Below, piece after piece: positions 25,888-38,030 of a stretch of DNA of 64,000 nucleotides. Origin of the DNA: Lama glama (Eukaryota); contig CM052817.1 in NCBI GenBank assembly GCA_028534125.1, forward strand, positions 32,242,001-32,306,000. The letters run 5' to 3'. A model generated the notes under the pieces. It worked only from the letters and a program-made list of their open reading frames with translations. It had not been told where the DNA came from and searched no databases. The position numbers and the translations under genes were made by a program. Numbering within the stretch: position 1 is the stretch's first letter; each line of letters opens with the position of its first letter.

Positions 25888-26022
25888 GAAAGGAAGAAAG
25901 GAAGGAAGAAAGGAAGAAGGAAAGAAAGAAAGAAGGAAAGAAGGAAAGAAAAAAAGAAAGAGGAAGGGAAGGGAAGGAAGGCAAAGGCAGAGGCAAAGAA
26001 AAAGGCAAAGAAAAAGAAAAAG
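25685..26022. repeat. Compound (GACA)n/(GAAA)n/(GGAA)n microsatellite
   Basis: Read directly; only A and G from 25705 to 25981. Confidence 0.98.
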
Positions 26023-26679
26023 AAATGCCAAGATCACAATGAGCCAGCCCTTCTCAGACTTCTACTTTCTGTTTCTTGGAGAGGCGCTGATACCAGTGTT
26101 CTCCGTGGGACAGATATGGATTCTGTTGTTTTGATGATGTGTCTCCAAATCTCAGCAGCAACCAGCAACATAGAACTGGGATGCTTTGCTTATTGCTCGT
26201 GACAGTGATAAGATGTTGTGTCCCTTCCCTTACTTCATAATAATATTTTTGTTAAAATAACAAACGAGCATGGTTATGAATTATATAATTCAGAGAGGAT
26301 GTCAATGAAAACCAACAGTCACCTGCATCGTGTATTCATTCCCAGCTCAGTTCAAGCTAAAATGTGAAACTTTGGAAATGCAAAATGTTCTTAACAAATA
26401 AATATACTTAATGTACAAGAGTTTTCTCTTGCTCTTTGATGGTTTGTTCTCCAATTTCTCTGTTTACTACTGAGTCGTGTCATTCAGTTGGCTTTTCATC
26501 TCTTTCTCTTTAAAATTTTAGGCCTTAATCAAGTACCTGATGATCTTCCAGAAAATCTGCAAATCCACAACTTTTCTTGAACCTATTGGAGAGCAGAGGT
26601 TGCAGGTCAACCAACTAACTTGAAATCTAAGGAAAGACAGGCACCTCCGAGAAGGAATGGGCCATGGGCACTTGCTCAG

Positions 26680-26779
26680 NNNNNNNNNNNNNNNNNNNNN
26701 NNNNNNNNNNNNNNNNNNNNNNNNNNNNNNNNNNNNNNNNNNNNNNNNNNNNNNNNNNNNNNNNNNNNNNNNNNNNNNN
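26680..26779. other. Assembly gap (100 N)
   Basis: Run of N. Confidence 1.
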
Positions 26780-26978
26780 CTTTCCTGCCCACCAGGTCTA
26801 GACCACGGGCTGCTTGGTGAGCACAGGAGGATGTGAGACAGTGGAAGTAAAAGGTCAGACCTGCCCCTCTGGCCTTGAGGGATTGTAGGAGGTGAAGAGA
26901 GAGGAAGTGGGAGGGAGAGAGATGAGGAGGGAGGGCCTGGGTGAGAGGAGACCAGGAGAATGCTGAGGGCGTCAGGTG

Positions 26979-27269
26979 GGACTCTGGGAAGGGGTCGCCT
27001 CAGACGATATCCCCCTGCACCGACCTGGGGCCGCCAGAGCCAAGCTGCTCAGCCTCAGCGAGGCCAGGAGATGGGGGCTGGAAGTTAGCTTCCCAGAGCT
27101 GCTCTCTCTCCCACTGTGGTGTGGCTCAGACCCAGGCAACCCCGAAATGACCCAGAGGGGGGTGCACTGGACCTAACTTAGGTGCCTCCGGGGATTCCTT
27201 TGGCCCTGTGCTCCTGGGCCCTGTCCTGGGGCTGCTGCCAGCCGGGCTGGACCCTTCCCATCCTCTGCC
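26979..27269 (+). repeat. Inverted repeat, copy A
   Basis: Reverse complement of 36103-36383 with a handful of substitutions and one ~10-bp indel. Confidence 0.95.
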
Positions 27270-28779
27270 GCTCTCTTCTCATTGTAGGCAGTGAAGAACA
27301 GTAATGCCCAGCCTGAGCGTGCCACTGCCCCTGGCCTGCTATTGACCTCACCCCCTAACTGTTGAGAGGTGGGCCCCATGGGAGCCATTGTGGCTGAAGC
27401 CAGACGTCACCATTTTCAAGTTCAGATGCAGCCTGACTTGACAGGGATGTGGCTTCTCTGAGTGCTGTGTGGAGCAGCTGGGAACACAACCCAGAATCGC
27501 AGAAGAATTCTGACTTGCGGGGTGAAGTGTGAACTGGGAGAGACAGGAAGTGGGAAGGAGCCAGCGGATGCATTCTTCGCCTTCTCCCTCTCCCCTCCCG
27601 CCACCCTCCCCACACCCTTTGACTATCTCAAGACTCCACGATCCATGCAGCCACTCCAGAGATATCCATGTGCCTGGGCAACCAGCTGCGTTCCCCTGAG
27701 CATCGTCTTGTGCTTGCATCCCTTGTCCTCTGCTTCAGTGACTTTTTCCTCTCACTCTGGCTTCCCCAGGACTGTTCCCCATCCTCATCTCTCCCTGACA
27801 ATAATACACTGGCTTTTAAGTTTTGCTGCAGATTCTTTTCTAGTGACATAAGACTCAGGCAGGGTACATGGAGGTTGGCTAAGGTTTTGCCTGGGGACCC
27901 CGTGCCAAAGAAGATCATAGTGATCGGGTTAGGTGGTCCTCGGTGAAGGGCTTTAGAGCTAGCAGTGCAGGGGAGTCTCAGTGTTGGTGAGAGCCTGGGT
28001 GGGGTGGGCCATTAAGGGACAGATCTTGAGGAAGTCAAGGAAAGTGACAGCCAGAGAATGACAGGAAGATGCACAGCCACTTGATGGTCCAGGGACACCT
28101 CCTGCAAAGCCTAATTTGAGACTCCTTTGTCCCTAAAGCCTCAGAGACAGAGCATGTCCCTCATACACCCAGACGCCAACCAGAGGAGAAGAATGGAGAA
28201 GACAAAAATGAGATCAATGAAGTCATTCTGACGAGGCCACTGAAACCAGTCCTGATGGAGAGTTCAATTACTTCTCAACAGACTAAAATTTTACACAAAA
28301 AGAAGGCATTTAGATTGGAAGAGATAAAAATACTTTTTATTGGCAAGTCTGTTATTCCTGCTATCCCAGGAAGAGGATCAGTTACAGACGAAAGAAAGAA
28401 ATTGCATTTACTCTGCAAGTCTGCGTGCCTTTTGAACGGTTTAGTGGCCCTGCTATAATTTACTGGAGTTTTGGGTGACAGCCAAGAGTATTGGTCTCAG
28501 GAACAACACATGGCCCTGGACGGGCAGACAGCCGGGCGAGCACTACTGTTAACCAACTTTGTGATTGGGAGGTAATTCTTTCTTTGTCTTGAAATGTGAC
28601 TATTTGGCCGGATACATGGTTCCAAGTCAGGAGCTGCAGACGGCAGATGCCCACGTGGTCTGGGCAGGTAATGAAATGGGTGGAGTGGACTTGCTGGCAA
28701 CTGTGTTGATCCAGAGTATGTTTGCCCTGTATGATCAGGACAGCCACCGCTCGACTGCTGCAGAAAAGAGGGTGTAGTG

Positions 28780-29005
28780 TTCCCAGGAAATAGCTTACGT
28801 TTACTGAGGCAAAGAGATGATCTCATTTTAAGCTCACAATAACCCTATGTGGGAGCTACCATTATTATCCCTATTTTTCAGAGGAGGACAATGTCCTTGA
28901 GTTACTTTGAATCCTGAGGCACAGAAAGCTTAAGTAACCTGAAGGCCAAGCAAGTAGAAAAGTGCAGAGCTGGGCTTCGGACTCAAGCAGTCTGCTCCAG
29001 AACAT
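28780..29005 (-). mobile_element. MIR remnant
   Basis: 'atctcattttaagctcacaataaccctatg...attattatccctatttttcagaggagga...ctgaggcacagaaag...gcagagctggg'. Confidence 0.7.
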
Positions 29006-29071
29006 GCCCGATCATGATGGCACAATTCTGCCGATTTTCCATGATTAGTCAGAAATTGAGATTAAAAAAAA

Positions 29072-29210
29072 ATGTATATAGCATGCGGAACTATATTCAA
29101 TATCTTTTAATAGCCTATAATGAAAAAGAATATATGTATTTATAAAACTGAATCACTATGCTGTATGCCAGAAACTAACTACTTAAATAAAAATATACTT
29201 AAATAAAAAA
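29072..29210 (+). mobile_element. Short cetartiodactyl-type L1 3' end
   Basis: 'ggaactatattcaatatctt...ctataatgaaaaagaat...actgaatcactatgctgta...agaaactaac'. Confidence 0.7.
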
Positions 29211-30779
29211 ATTTTAATCTCCCAATTTAAATATTCAGAGTTAAAAAAAATATTCTGCAAGCCAAAGAATACCAAAATATGGGCCAAGATATGGCCTGTG
29301 GGTTGCTAGCATGTGTTTGGTGTTCCAAGAGGGTAAGTTAGAAGGTATCCTTGGAAAGCAGTGTCTTTGTTTATGTTTTCCTCCCCCAAATATTCATAGC
29401 AGAGTTTAACTTGTGGGTTTTCCTTCAGAGTAGTCAAATTGCACCCCTACACATTTTTACTGGCAAAATTTCCATTGCTCAATGTATTTCTGGAAATTCT
29501 TCTTTTGGAATTGCCTTCAGAAAAGTTTACAAACCAGCTAATTATTTTGTAGCCATAGCTCCTTTTTTTTTTTTTTGATGAAACTAGCATTTCCATGTAT
29601 GATTCCAATCATCTTCACCAGATGTGGCTCTGAATCACTTTTAGTTATTTCCCAAAATCACATCCATTCTGAGTGGATGGCAATTTACTGCCCCAGGAAT
29701 CATTCAAAAGAATGTATTTCAAAAATCATTAAAATACGCTGATAGCCTTCAAGATAACAACATTTAAAAGGACACACCAATTCATCTCTTCATGTTCTTA
29801 TTGGTTAAAAAAACCAGCCCCTGATATCAGGCTTCATCTCATTTATATATTAGCCGGGTTGGATATTCTGAGCAATGATGTGATATTATCCCTGGTCGAC
29901 GCTGCCATATAAATTCAATCATCTCTCTCTCTTTGGTGCTGGAATTATGACAAGGTACAGAAATTTAAATGGTTTTAGGTGTACAATGGGATGATATCTG
30001 AAATCTTGAAAAGCTGAGCAGTGTGCATTAGATTACTTTTTCTAGACTTTTTGCTGTGTGCAAGGTGGCTCTGTATAGCATGGCATTTCTAAATGAACCT
30101 GTTATGTGAAGTTTCCCCTTAGTTCCTCTGAAACAAATTCCAGTGCAGCTACTAGCTGCATAAAGAACGCCATTTAAGTGAGGCATTTAAGTGGGAAAAA
30201 ACTAAAGAGGAAAATGAAATAAAGAAGAGTATCAGCGATGACCAGTTGCACAGGTCATTCTGTTTCTGTTGCATCCATCCTCAACTCAGGGATTCCCCGG
30301 AAGTCAGAGTAGGGGGTGGGTACAGGGCTCTATTCTACAGCCTCGGATAACATTTGCTACTTCCGCTAGATTAGAGTGAGTAGGGTTGGCTTCCAGGTAA
30401 GTGATACTCTTCTGTCTCTATTGCATCTATGGTAGAATTCATTTATTTTTCTCTCTTTTTGTTTTTAAAACACATTCTCTTCTTACCCCAAGCAAGTGTT
30501 AGTGCCTTCATTGCTCTTTCCTGTCCAATAGTTTCTAGACTTGGATTTTGTGACCTGAAATTTTTCTTCTAAGGGCACAGATTGACATAGCAGTGAAAAT
30601 TTAAAATTTTTCCATCTAAGGATATTAAAAAAAAAAAAACTACTATCATTGCCACCATTTGATGAAAGGAAGGAGATTTTAACCTTTAAAAAAGTAAGAA
30701 AAGACATAATCCTAGAATAAAGGATGATGAAATAAATTTATATTTTCACATCCTACAGGATCACACCAGTTCTTCAAGG

Positions 30780-31474
30780 GAAAATAACAAATGTTGGTGA
30801 GAATATGGAGATATTGAAACCTCTGTGCTCTGTTGGTGGGAATGTAAAATGGTGCAGCTGCTGTAGAAAACAATACAGTGGTACTTTAAAAAATTAAAAT
30901 TAGAATTTTCACATGATCCAGCTATTCTACTTCTAGGTATATACCCATAAGAATTGAAAGCAAGGTCTTGAAGAGATATTTGTATACCAGATTCATAGCA
31001 GCACTATTCACAATGGCCAAAAGTAGAAGCAACCAAACTGTCCACTGACAGATGAATGGATGAACAAAATGTGGTATGTACATATCAAATACTGTACATA
31101 TTAAAAACGAATAAAATTCTGACACATGCTACCACATAAATGAGCCTTGGGGACCTTATGCAAAGAGAAATAAGCCAGTCACAAAAGGACAAATACTGTA
31201 TGATGCCACTCATATGAGGGACCTAGAGTAGTCAAACGCATAGAGACAGAAAGTGGAGTGGCGGTTTCCAGGGGCTGCGGAGGGGGGATATGGGAGTTAC
31301 TGTTTAATAGTTACAGAGTTTCAGTTTTGCATGCTGAAAAAGTTCTGGAGATTTGTGGCGCAACGATGTGAATATATTTAACACTACTGAACTGTACACT
31401 TAAAAATGTTAAGATGGAAAATTTTATGTTTTATGAATTTCATCACAATTAAGCATTAAAATAAAATAAATAAA
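30780..31474 (+). mobile_element. L1MB-like 3' end
   Basis: 'tgttggtgggaatgtaaaatggtgcagctgctgtagaaaac...gaaataagccagtcacaaaaggacaaatactgtatg...actgaactgtacacttaaaaatg', then an A-rich tail. Confidence 0.88.
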
Positions 31475-32024
31475 GCCATCATTCTCCTCTTCAAAACAAA
31501 ACAGAACCCATCCTCCATGAGTGTATTTCTTGCTTCCTCCACATCTCAACAGGCTTCTAAAACGTCATCAGAGATGGGCTCTGATCCCCTGTGACTGTTG
31601 GGGAATCAACAGACAAGGAGGCCTCATGTTTCTGGAAGGAACCCCAGGTTCTAGGCTAGAAACCGAAGTTAAGTGTCCTTGACCTCAACCAACAAGAGAG
31701 TTTATCTGGGACAGGGCGGCTCTGTGGAAGGAGTCTGGCTGTGTCCCCCAGGCAGTGGAAGCTGGCCAGTCTCTGGCTGCTCTTAATTTCAGATGAGGAA
31801 TCTGAGCTCTGGAATGCATAATCTTATTTATTCCCCTTAGCACAGGGGTAACATTCAACTATTTTAAGGACATGCATTACTCAATAGAATGGATGCTGGC
31901 TCAGTGCTGGGGCAAAGATCTGGAGCCCCTCCTGCTGCTTTACCAGGTGCTCTGCCTTTGCTGGTGGGTTTCAGGAGGCCAGGGAGGCTGCTGAATACAT
32001 GTTTCAGTATCTACCCACACCTCC

Positions 32025-34093
32025 AGCTTTATGAAGGTATAATTGACAAATAAAGATTATAAATATATACAGTGTACAATGTGATGTTTTGATATATGGA
32101 TACATTGTGATGTGATAACCATAATTAATTCAACATATCCATCACCTCACATAGTTATCCTTTGGGTGTGTGTCAGATGAAAATACGTAAAGATTTACTG
32201 CCTTAGCAAATTTCAAGTACACAATACAGTATTACTACCTATAGTCACCATGCTATACATTAGAGTCCCACAATTTATGTATCCTGCATAACTGAAACTT
32301 TGTACCCTTTGACCAACATCACCTCATTTTCCCTACCCCCAACTCCCTGGCAACCACCATTCTACTCTCTGCTTCTGAGTTTGACTTTTTTAGATTCCAC
32401 ATACAAGTGAGATCATGCAGCATTTCTCTTTCTGTGCCTTGCTTATTTCCACTAGCAGTATGTCCTCTAGGTTCATCCATGTTGTCACAAATGACAAGAT
32501 TTCCTTCTTTTTTAAGGCTGAATAGTATTCCATTGTGTATATATACAGCACATTTTCTTTATTCATTCATCCATTCGTGGACACTTAGGTTGATTCCCTA
32601 TCTTGGATATTGTGAATAGCACAGCAGTGAACATGGGACTGTAGATACCTCTTCAAGATCCTGGTTCCATTTCCTTTGGATATATACTCAGAAGTGGGAT
32701 TTCTGGATCACAATGTAGTTCAATTTTTCATTTTTTGAGGAATCTCCATACTGTTGTCCATGATGGCTGTACCAATTTACATTCCCACCAACAGTGTATA
32801 TGTGTTCCCTTTTCTCTATGTCCAAAACTTCTCTTTTGTCTTTTTGATAATAGCCATTCTAATAGGTGAAGGTGATACCTTATTGTGGTTTTGGTTTGTA
32901 TTTTTCTAATGATTAGTGATGTTCTATTTTTTTCATATAGGTCTTCTTTTGTGAAATATCTATTTAGACCGTTTGCCTATTTTTTAATAGAGTTATTTGT
33001 TTTCTTGTTATTGAGTTTAAATTCCTTATATAATCTGAATATTAGCTCCTTACCAGATGTTTAGTTTGTAAACCTTTTCTTCTGTTCCATGGATTGTCTG
33101 TTTACTCTGTTGATTGTTTCCTTTGCTATGCAGAAGCTTTTTAGCTTGATGCAATCCCATTTGTCTATTTTTGGGTTTGTTGCCTGTGATTTTGGGGGTC
33201 ATATTCAAAAAATAATTGTCCAGACCAATGTCAAGAAGCATCTCCCTTATGTTTTCTTCTAATAGTTTCACATTTTCAGGTCTTATATTAAAGTCTTTAA
33301 TCCATTTTGAGTTGATTTTTTATATGGTGTGAGGTAAGGGTCTAGTTTCATTCTCCTGCATGTAGATACCAAATTTCCCCGACACTGTTTATTGGAGAGA
33401 TTATTCTTTTCTCATTGTGTGGTCTTGGAACTTTGCCAGAGATCAATTGATTGTAAATGCATGAATTTATTTCTAGAATCTCTATTCTGTTCTATTGGTC
33501 TATAAGTCTATTTTTATACCACTACCATACTGTTTTCATTACTGGAGCTTTGCAGTATATTTTGTAATCAGTAAGTGTGATGCCTTCAGTTTTGTTCTTT
33601 TTGTTCAAGATTGATTTGGCTATTTGGGGTCTTTCATAGTTCCATATAAATTTTAGGATTGTTTTTTCTACTCTGAAAAATGCTATTGGAATTTTGATAG
33701 GGATTGCACTGAATATGTAGATTGCTTTGGATAGTATGGCCATTTTAATAATTTAAGCAATTCTTCCAGTTCATGAACATGGGATATCTTTCCATTTACC
33801 TGTGTCTTCTTCAATTTCTTTCATCAATGTTTTATAGTTTTTTTAGCGTACAGATATTTTACCTCTTTGGTTAAATTTATTCCTAAATATTTTATTGGTC
33901 TTGATGCTATTGTAAATTGGATTTTTAAAAAATTTCCTTCTCAGATACTTTGTTGTTAGTGTATAGAAATGCTAATGGTTTTTGTATGTTAATTTTGTAC
34001 CCTGCAACTTTACTGAATTTGCTTACCACTTATAACAATCTTTCAGTATAGAGTCTTTAGGGTTTTTTATATGTAAGATCATGTCATTTGCAA
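32025..34093 (-). mobile_element. L1MA-like 3' portion (ORF2 C-terminal remnant and 3'UTR)
   Basis: Peptides [19 protein letters not shown]...[18 protein letters not shown] and MKLLEENIREMLLDIGL; typical L1MA 3'UTR. Confidence 0.92.
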
Positions 34094-35854
34094 TATTTCA
34101 ATATCTTTACAAACAGTAGGGTCACACTGGTGAATACCAGCTCAATACTAGCTTCCCAGTTAGGTTCTTAATAAAAGTCTTTTTAAAACTTTCTGAACTC
34201 TGCCGTGCTAAACTGAGGAGGGAGGAGATTTGTCTGTATCTGGAACAAGTTAGCTAGGGAAAACAAAGTGGCTTAGATCAGGTGTATGGTTTTGGGGGGA
34301 GTCTGAGAGGAGGGATGGTAACTGCTGGCCAACTGGAAAATCAGGGAAGAGCCGGGTAAACTGTGGTAAGGATGTGGGCAGAAAGGAGAAGTTGGAAAGA
34401 GTAAGTGGAAAAACATTTCTCCCCTCCTGCTTTTCAGGGGAGTGTGCAGAACCATGGCATCCATAATTAACCTTGCAAATTCTGAAAGTAAGAACAGTAA
34501 TAGTTCATTTTCCTCCCACCATTTTGTTGGATCTTGGAGCAAATCACAAAGCAGATTTTCTGAAGCCAGCAAACCAAGTACATAGCTGGTGAGTTCAGGG
34601 AAGAGTTAGTTTTTTGTATAAAGTCAGGCTCAGTGGCTTTTGGCATCTTGTGGGCACGTCTCAGTGTAACCACTTTTTTGTTTTTCCATTGGGAGGTGAT
34701 GATATTGACAGACAAGAAAAGCTGAAAGCCAAACAGGAAATAGGAAAGGCAGCACAGGGTCTGGAGAGCATGCCTGAGGACCGAGCAGGCAGTACCTTTA
34801 ACTGGAGAAGCTTGACCATCACAATTTAAACCTGAGAATCCTCCCACACTGGGAATGGGAGGGGGTGGGCTGCCAACACCATATCATTGAGCACAGCTGG
34901 GAAGAGATGCACACAATTTGCTCCTGTGTGCCCACTCCGGCCATCTCTGCTTAGAGGAGTTAAGCAACTTCCTCCAAAACACTTCCTGTCATCAATGCAA
35001 TACAGCACGTCATGATAAATCACCTAGAACGTAGAAAGGGCCCACCTTGGGGAGGTGGCAGTGGCAAAGGGGAGGAAAGGATGGCTGAGAGAGATTTTTG
35101 CAGAAAGCACTCCAAAAGACAAATGTTATTCACTTTTCTCAGTCCAGCAGTCTGAAAAAGCATAGTTCAAAGATCAATGACCAATTAATATCCATCTGCT
35201 GAAAGAGAACAGTGCTTTGACCTTAGCCGAAAGTTACATAAACTCTACTTGGGCAAGAGACTTCTTAGGGAGAATTAAGAGGGAGCATAAACAGAGATGG
35301 TTTGGGAAGAACTGGAGGAACGTTCCTGTTTAATCTCTAGAATCCACTGAAACCTGTGGTGGGTGGAGGACAGAGGGGGAGCTCTGTAATAGCCCTGGAG
35401 GTTCTGGGCTAGGGAATCAGGTTTTCAGAGGTATCTCAGAGCCAAGACAGTGGGATGGTGGTGGTGGTGATCTCACAATTAGGTGCAGGTTGGGAATTTC
35501 AAAATTCTTTCTTTGTGTTCTGTGTTGGCTTCTGAATCCAAGCTTGATTGCAACAAAGGCTCTGGCTTGATCAGGGCCACTGGCATAAGGTGCTTTACGT
35601 GATAAGAATGGCATGCTGGAAAGAGCTCTGAACTGATTCTAGTCCCAGCCCTGCCGCTATGGGCTGGCTGATCTTGGGTAGGCAACTCTGAGCCTGTTTT
35701 TGTCATTTGAAACACCAAAGTGTTGGGCTTGATTAATTTTTAAAAATCCATTCCAGCTCTGAAAGGCTATGATTCTGTGACCCTTAAATATTCTCATTTC
35801 CTAAGTGCTATCTTCATGCAGAAACTTTGATGAAGCAAATCTCACTTGGAAGTA

Positions 35855-36090
35855 GAATAAAACAGTAAACATTTGTACAGTGCTAATTAGTACCAGACCC
35901 TGTTTTAAGTGCTCTAAGTATGCCGAGTCATTTAATTCTTACATCGATCATTTGAAATAGATAATATTATTACCTTCATTTTGCAGATGAGGAAGCTGAG
36001 GTGCAGTTTGGTTATATAAGCCTGTGGGATAGGTGCTGTTCTCAGCCCTACTTCATGAATGAAGAAACCAAGGCTTTCAGACAGTGATGT
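35855..36090 (-). mobile_element. MIR remnants abutting inverted repeat B
   Basis: 'tcatttaattcttaca...attattaccttcattttgcagatgaggaagctgaggtgcag'. Confidence 0.7.
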
Positions 36091-36102
36091 GCTGCTGCCT
36101 GT

Positions 36103-36383
36103 GGCAGAGGATGGGAAGGGTCCAGCCCGGCTGGCAGCAGCTCCAGGACAGGGCCCGGGAGCACAGGGCCAAAGGAATCCCCGGAGGCACCTAAGTTAGG
36201 TCCAGTGCACCCGCTTCTGGGTCATTTCGGGGTTGCCCAGGACCACAATGGGAGAGAGAGCAGCTCTGGGAAGCTAACTTCCAGCCCCCATCTCCTGGCC
36301 TCGCTGAGGCTGAGCAGCTTGGCTCTGGCGGCCCCAGGTCGGTGCAGGGGGATATCGTCTGAGGCGACCCCCTCCCAGAGTCC
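36103..36383 (-). repeat. Inverted repeat, copy B (runs into a gap)
   Basis: Reverse complement of 26979-27269; the same spurious peptides appear in ORFs 26941/36191 and 26976/36222. Confidence 0.95.
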
Positions 36384-36483
36384 NNNNNNNNNNNNNNNNN
36401 NNNNNNNNNNNNNNNNNNNNNNNNNNNNNNNNNNNNNNNNNNNNNNNNNNNNNNNNNNNNNNNNNNNNNNNNNNNNNNNNNNN
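36384..36483. other. Assembly gap (100 N)
   Basis: Run of N. Confidence 1.
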
Positions 36484-37604
36484 CCATGCTCCCCACCCTG
36501 TCCCCAGGGTTTCTGTGAACCCCTGGTGAGCACCAGTGAAGGATTTGGAGGGGGACTAACTTGAGTATCTACCTCTTTTCTCATTGTAGGCAGTGTGAAT
36601 CACTGAGCCTGAACGTGTACAGAGCCAGGTGGCTAAGTGTTTCCAGAAACAACCAGCTATTTATTGGCTTCCTGGCTCCAGATAATATGATGTGCGATTT
36701 GATATGCGCTCCAACAGAGTAGTGGGAGGGAGATGAGTTATTAAATGCCCTTACTTTTAAAGTTTTTAAGATAATTTTTTATGCCAGCGTTATACACACT
36801 TCTTTGAGAACATTTTCCAAGGTAAGGTGACAGAAGAAAGATCTCACAATTAGGGGCAGGGAGGTCCTCGGTGGCTGATTGTACTCGCTGTCCCGGTTTT
36901 GCAGACTGAGGAGCTGAGGCCCATGGAAGATTATAGAAACCTGCTCCTTGTCCTGAAGGAGGAACTCAACACATACCCACTGATGGGACTGATGGAGACT
37001 ATAATAAAAGATTCCCACGGATGCATGACTGTGTTAGGCACTCGGGTCATGTGGAAATCAAGGCGGGGTCCCAGTATGGGTGGAAAGTCAGAGCAAGTAC
37101 AGGACTTTGATTAAAGCACTGAAAGAGGCTGAGGAAGGGACGTCAGGCTCAAGAGACAAAAAGGCAATGGTAGATGCCGCAGGGGACCTAGAAATCTCAT
37201 GAGTATCTACTCAACCCCTTTTTCAATTACACTTACAAGTGGGTTTCCATTAACCAAAGCATATAAAAGTTGGGTCAAAGCAGCCATCTTCCAGTGGTGA
37301 AAATTGTCAGAGAGTCAGAAATCGGTCACCCTACGTATTGAAATTCTATGAAAATGTCTTAAGAGAAAGTTAGAGTAAAAGTCAAGACTAGTTAACATTC
37401 CTCTCCTAATTTTTAAATTTACTACAGTAGGAGATTGCTTTCCAAGAAATTACATAAAGTTATTTTCAAAGGAGATTGACTGCATTCTTCCTTAGTGATT
37501 TCTGAAAAGGGAAGACTCTGGGACCTCCTTCCCATCACTGACATGTGTCCTTTCTAGTAGAAGTATGTTGAAAAGCCCTGTTTCTGGCTGCAGCTGAAAT
37601 TTAC

Positions 37605-38030
37605 TTGTTCAATCAAAAATGTTTACTGAGCACCTACTCTGTGTGGGGACATTGTCCCCAGCCCAGGGGATGCTCTCATGACCAAGATAATTAAGACTGT
37701 GCCCTTATTATAGGGAAGACAGACAGTAACACAAGAAACACTTAAATAAACAAGGCTTTTGTAGATAATTTTAGGAGGTATGAATGCGATAAAGAGTGCA
37801 TTGGGTGGGGTGTGCTACTTCAGACAGGATAAGATGGGAAGGCCTGTCTGTGGAGCTGAGATTTCAGCTGAGATCTTTATGACAGTAAGAAACCCTGGTG
37901 GGAACACAGCACACTCCACATGGAGAAACAACAGACCGCACATTCCTGCAGTGGGACCAGGCTCGGTGTGTGCAGGGAGTGGAGAGGCCAGTGTGGCTGA
38001 AGCAGTGAAAGAAGGAGAGTAGCAGGTGGT
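37605..38030 (-). mobile_element. L2 3' fragment
   Basis: 'ttcaatcaaaaatgtttactgagcacctactctgtg...ggggatg...ggagaggccagtgtggctgaagcagtga'. Confidence 0.65.

Noticed and set aside
25639..26134. Lys/Glu/Arg-rich and Phe/Leu/Ser-rich ORFs
   Set aside because: Translations of the GAAA microsatellite.
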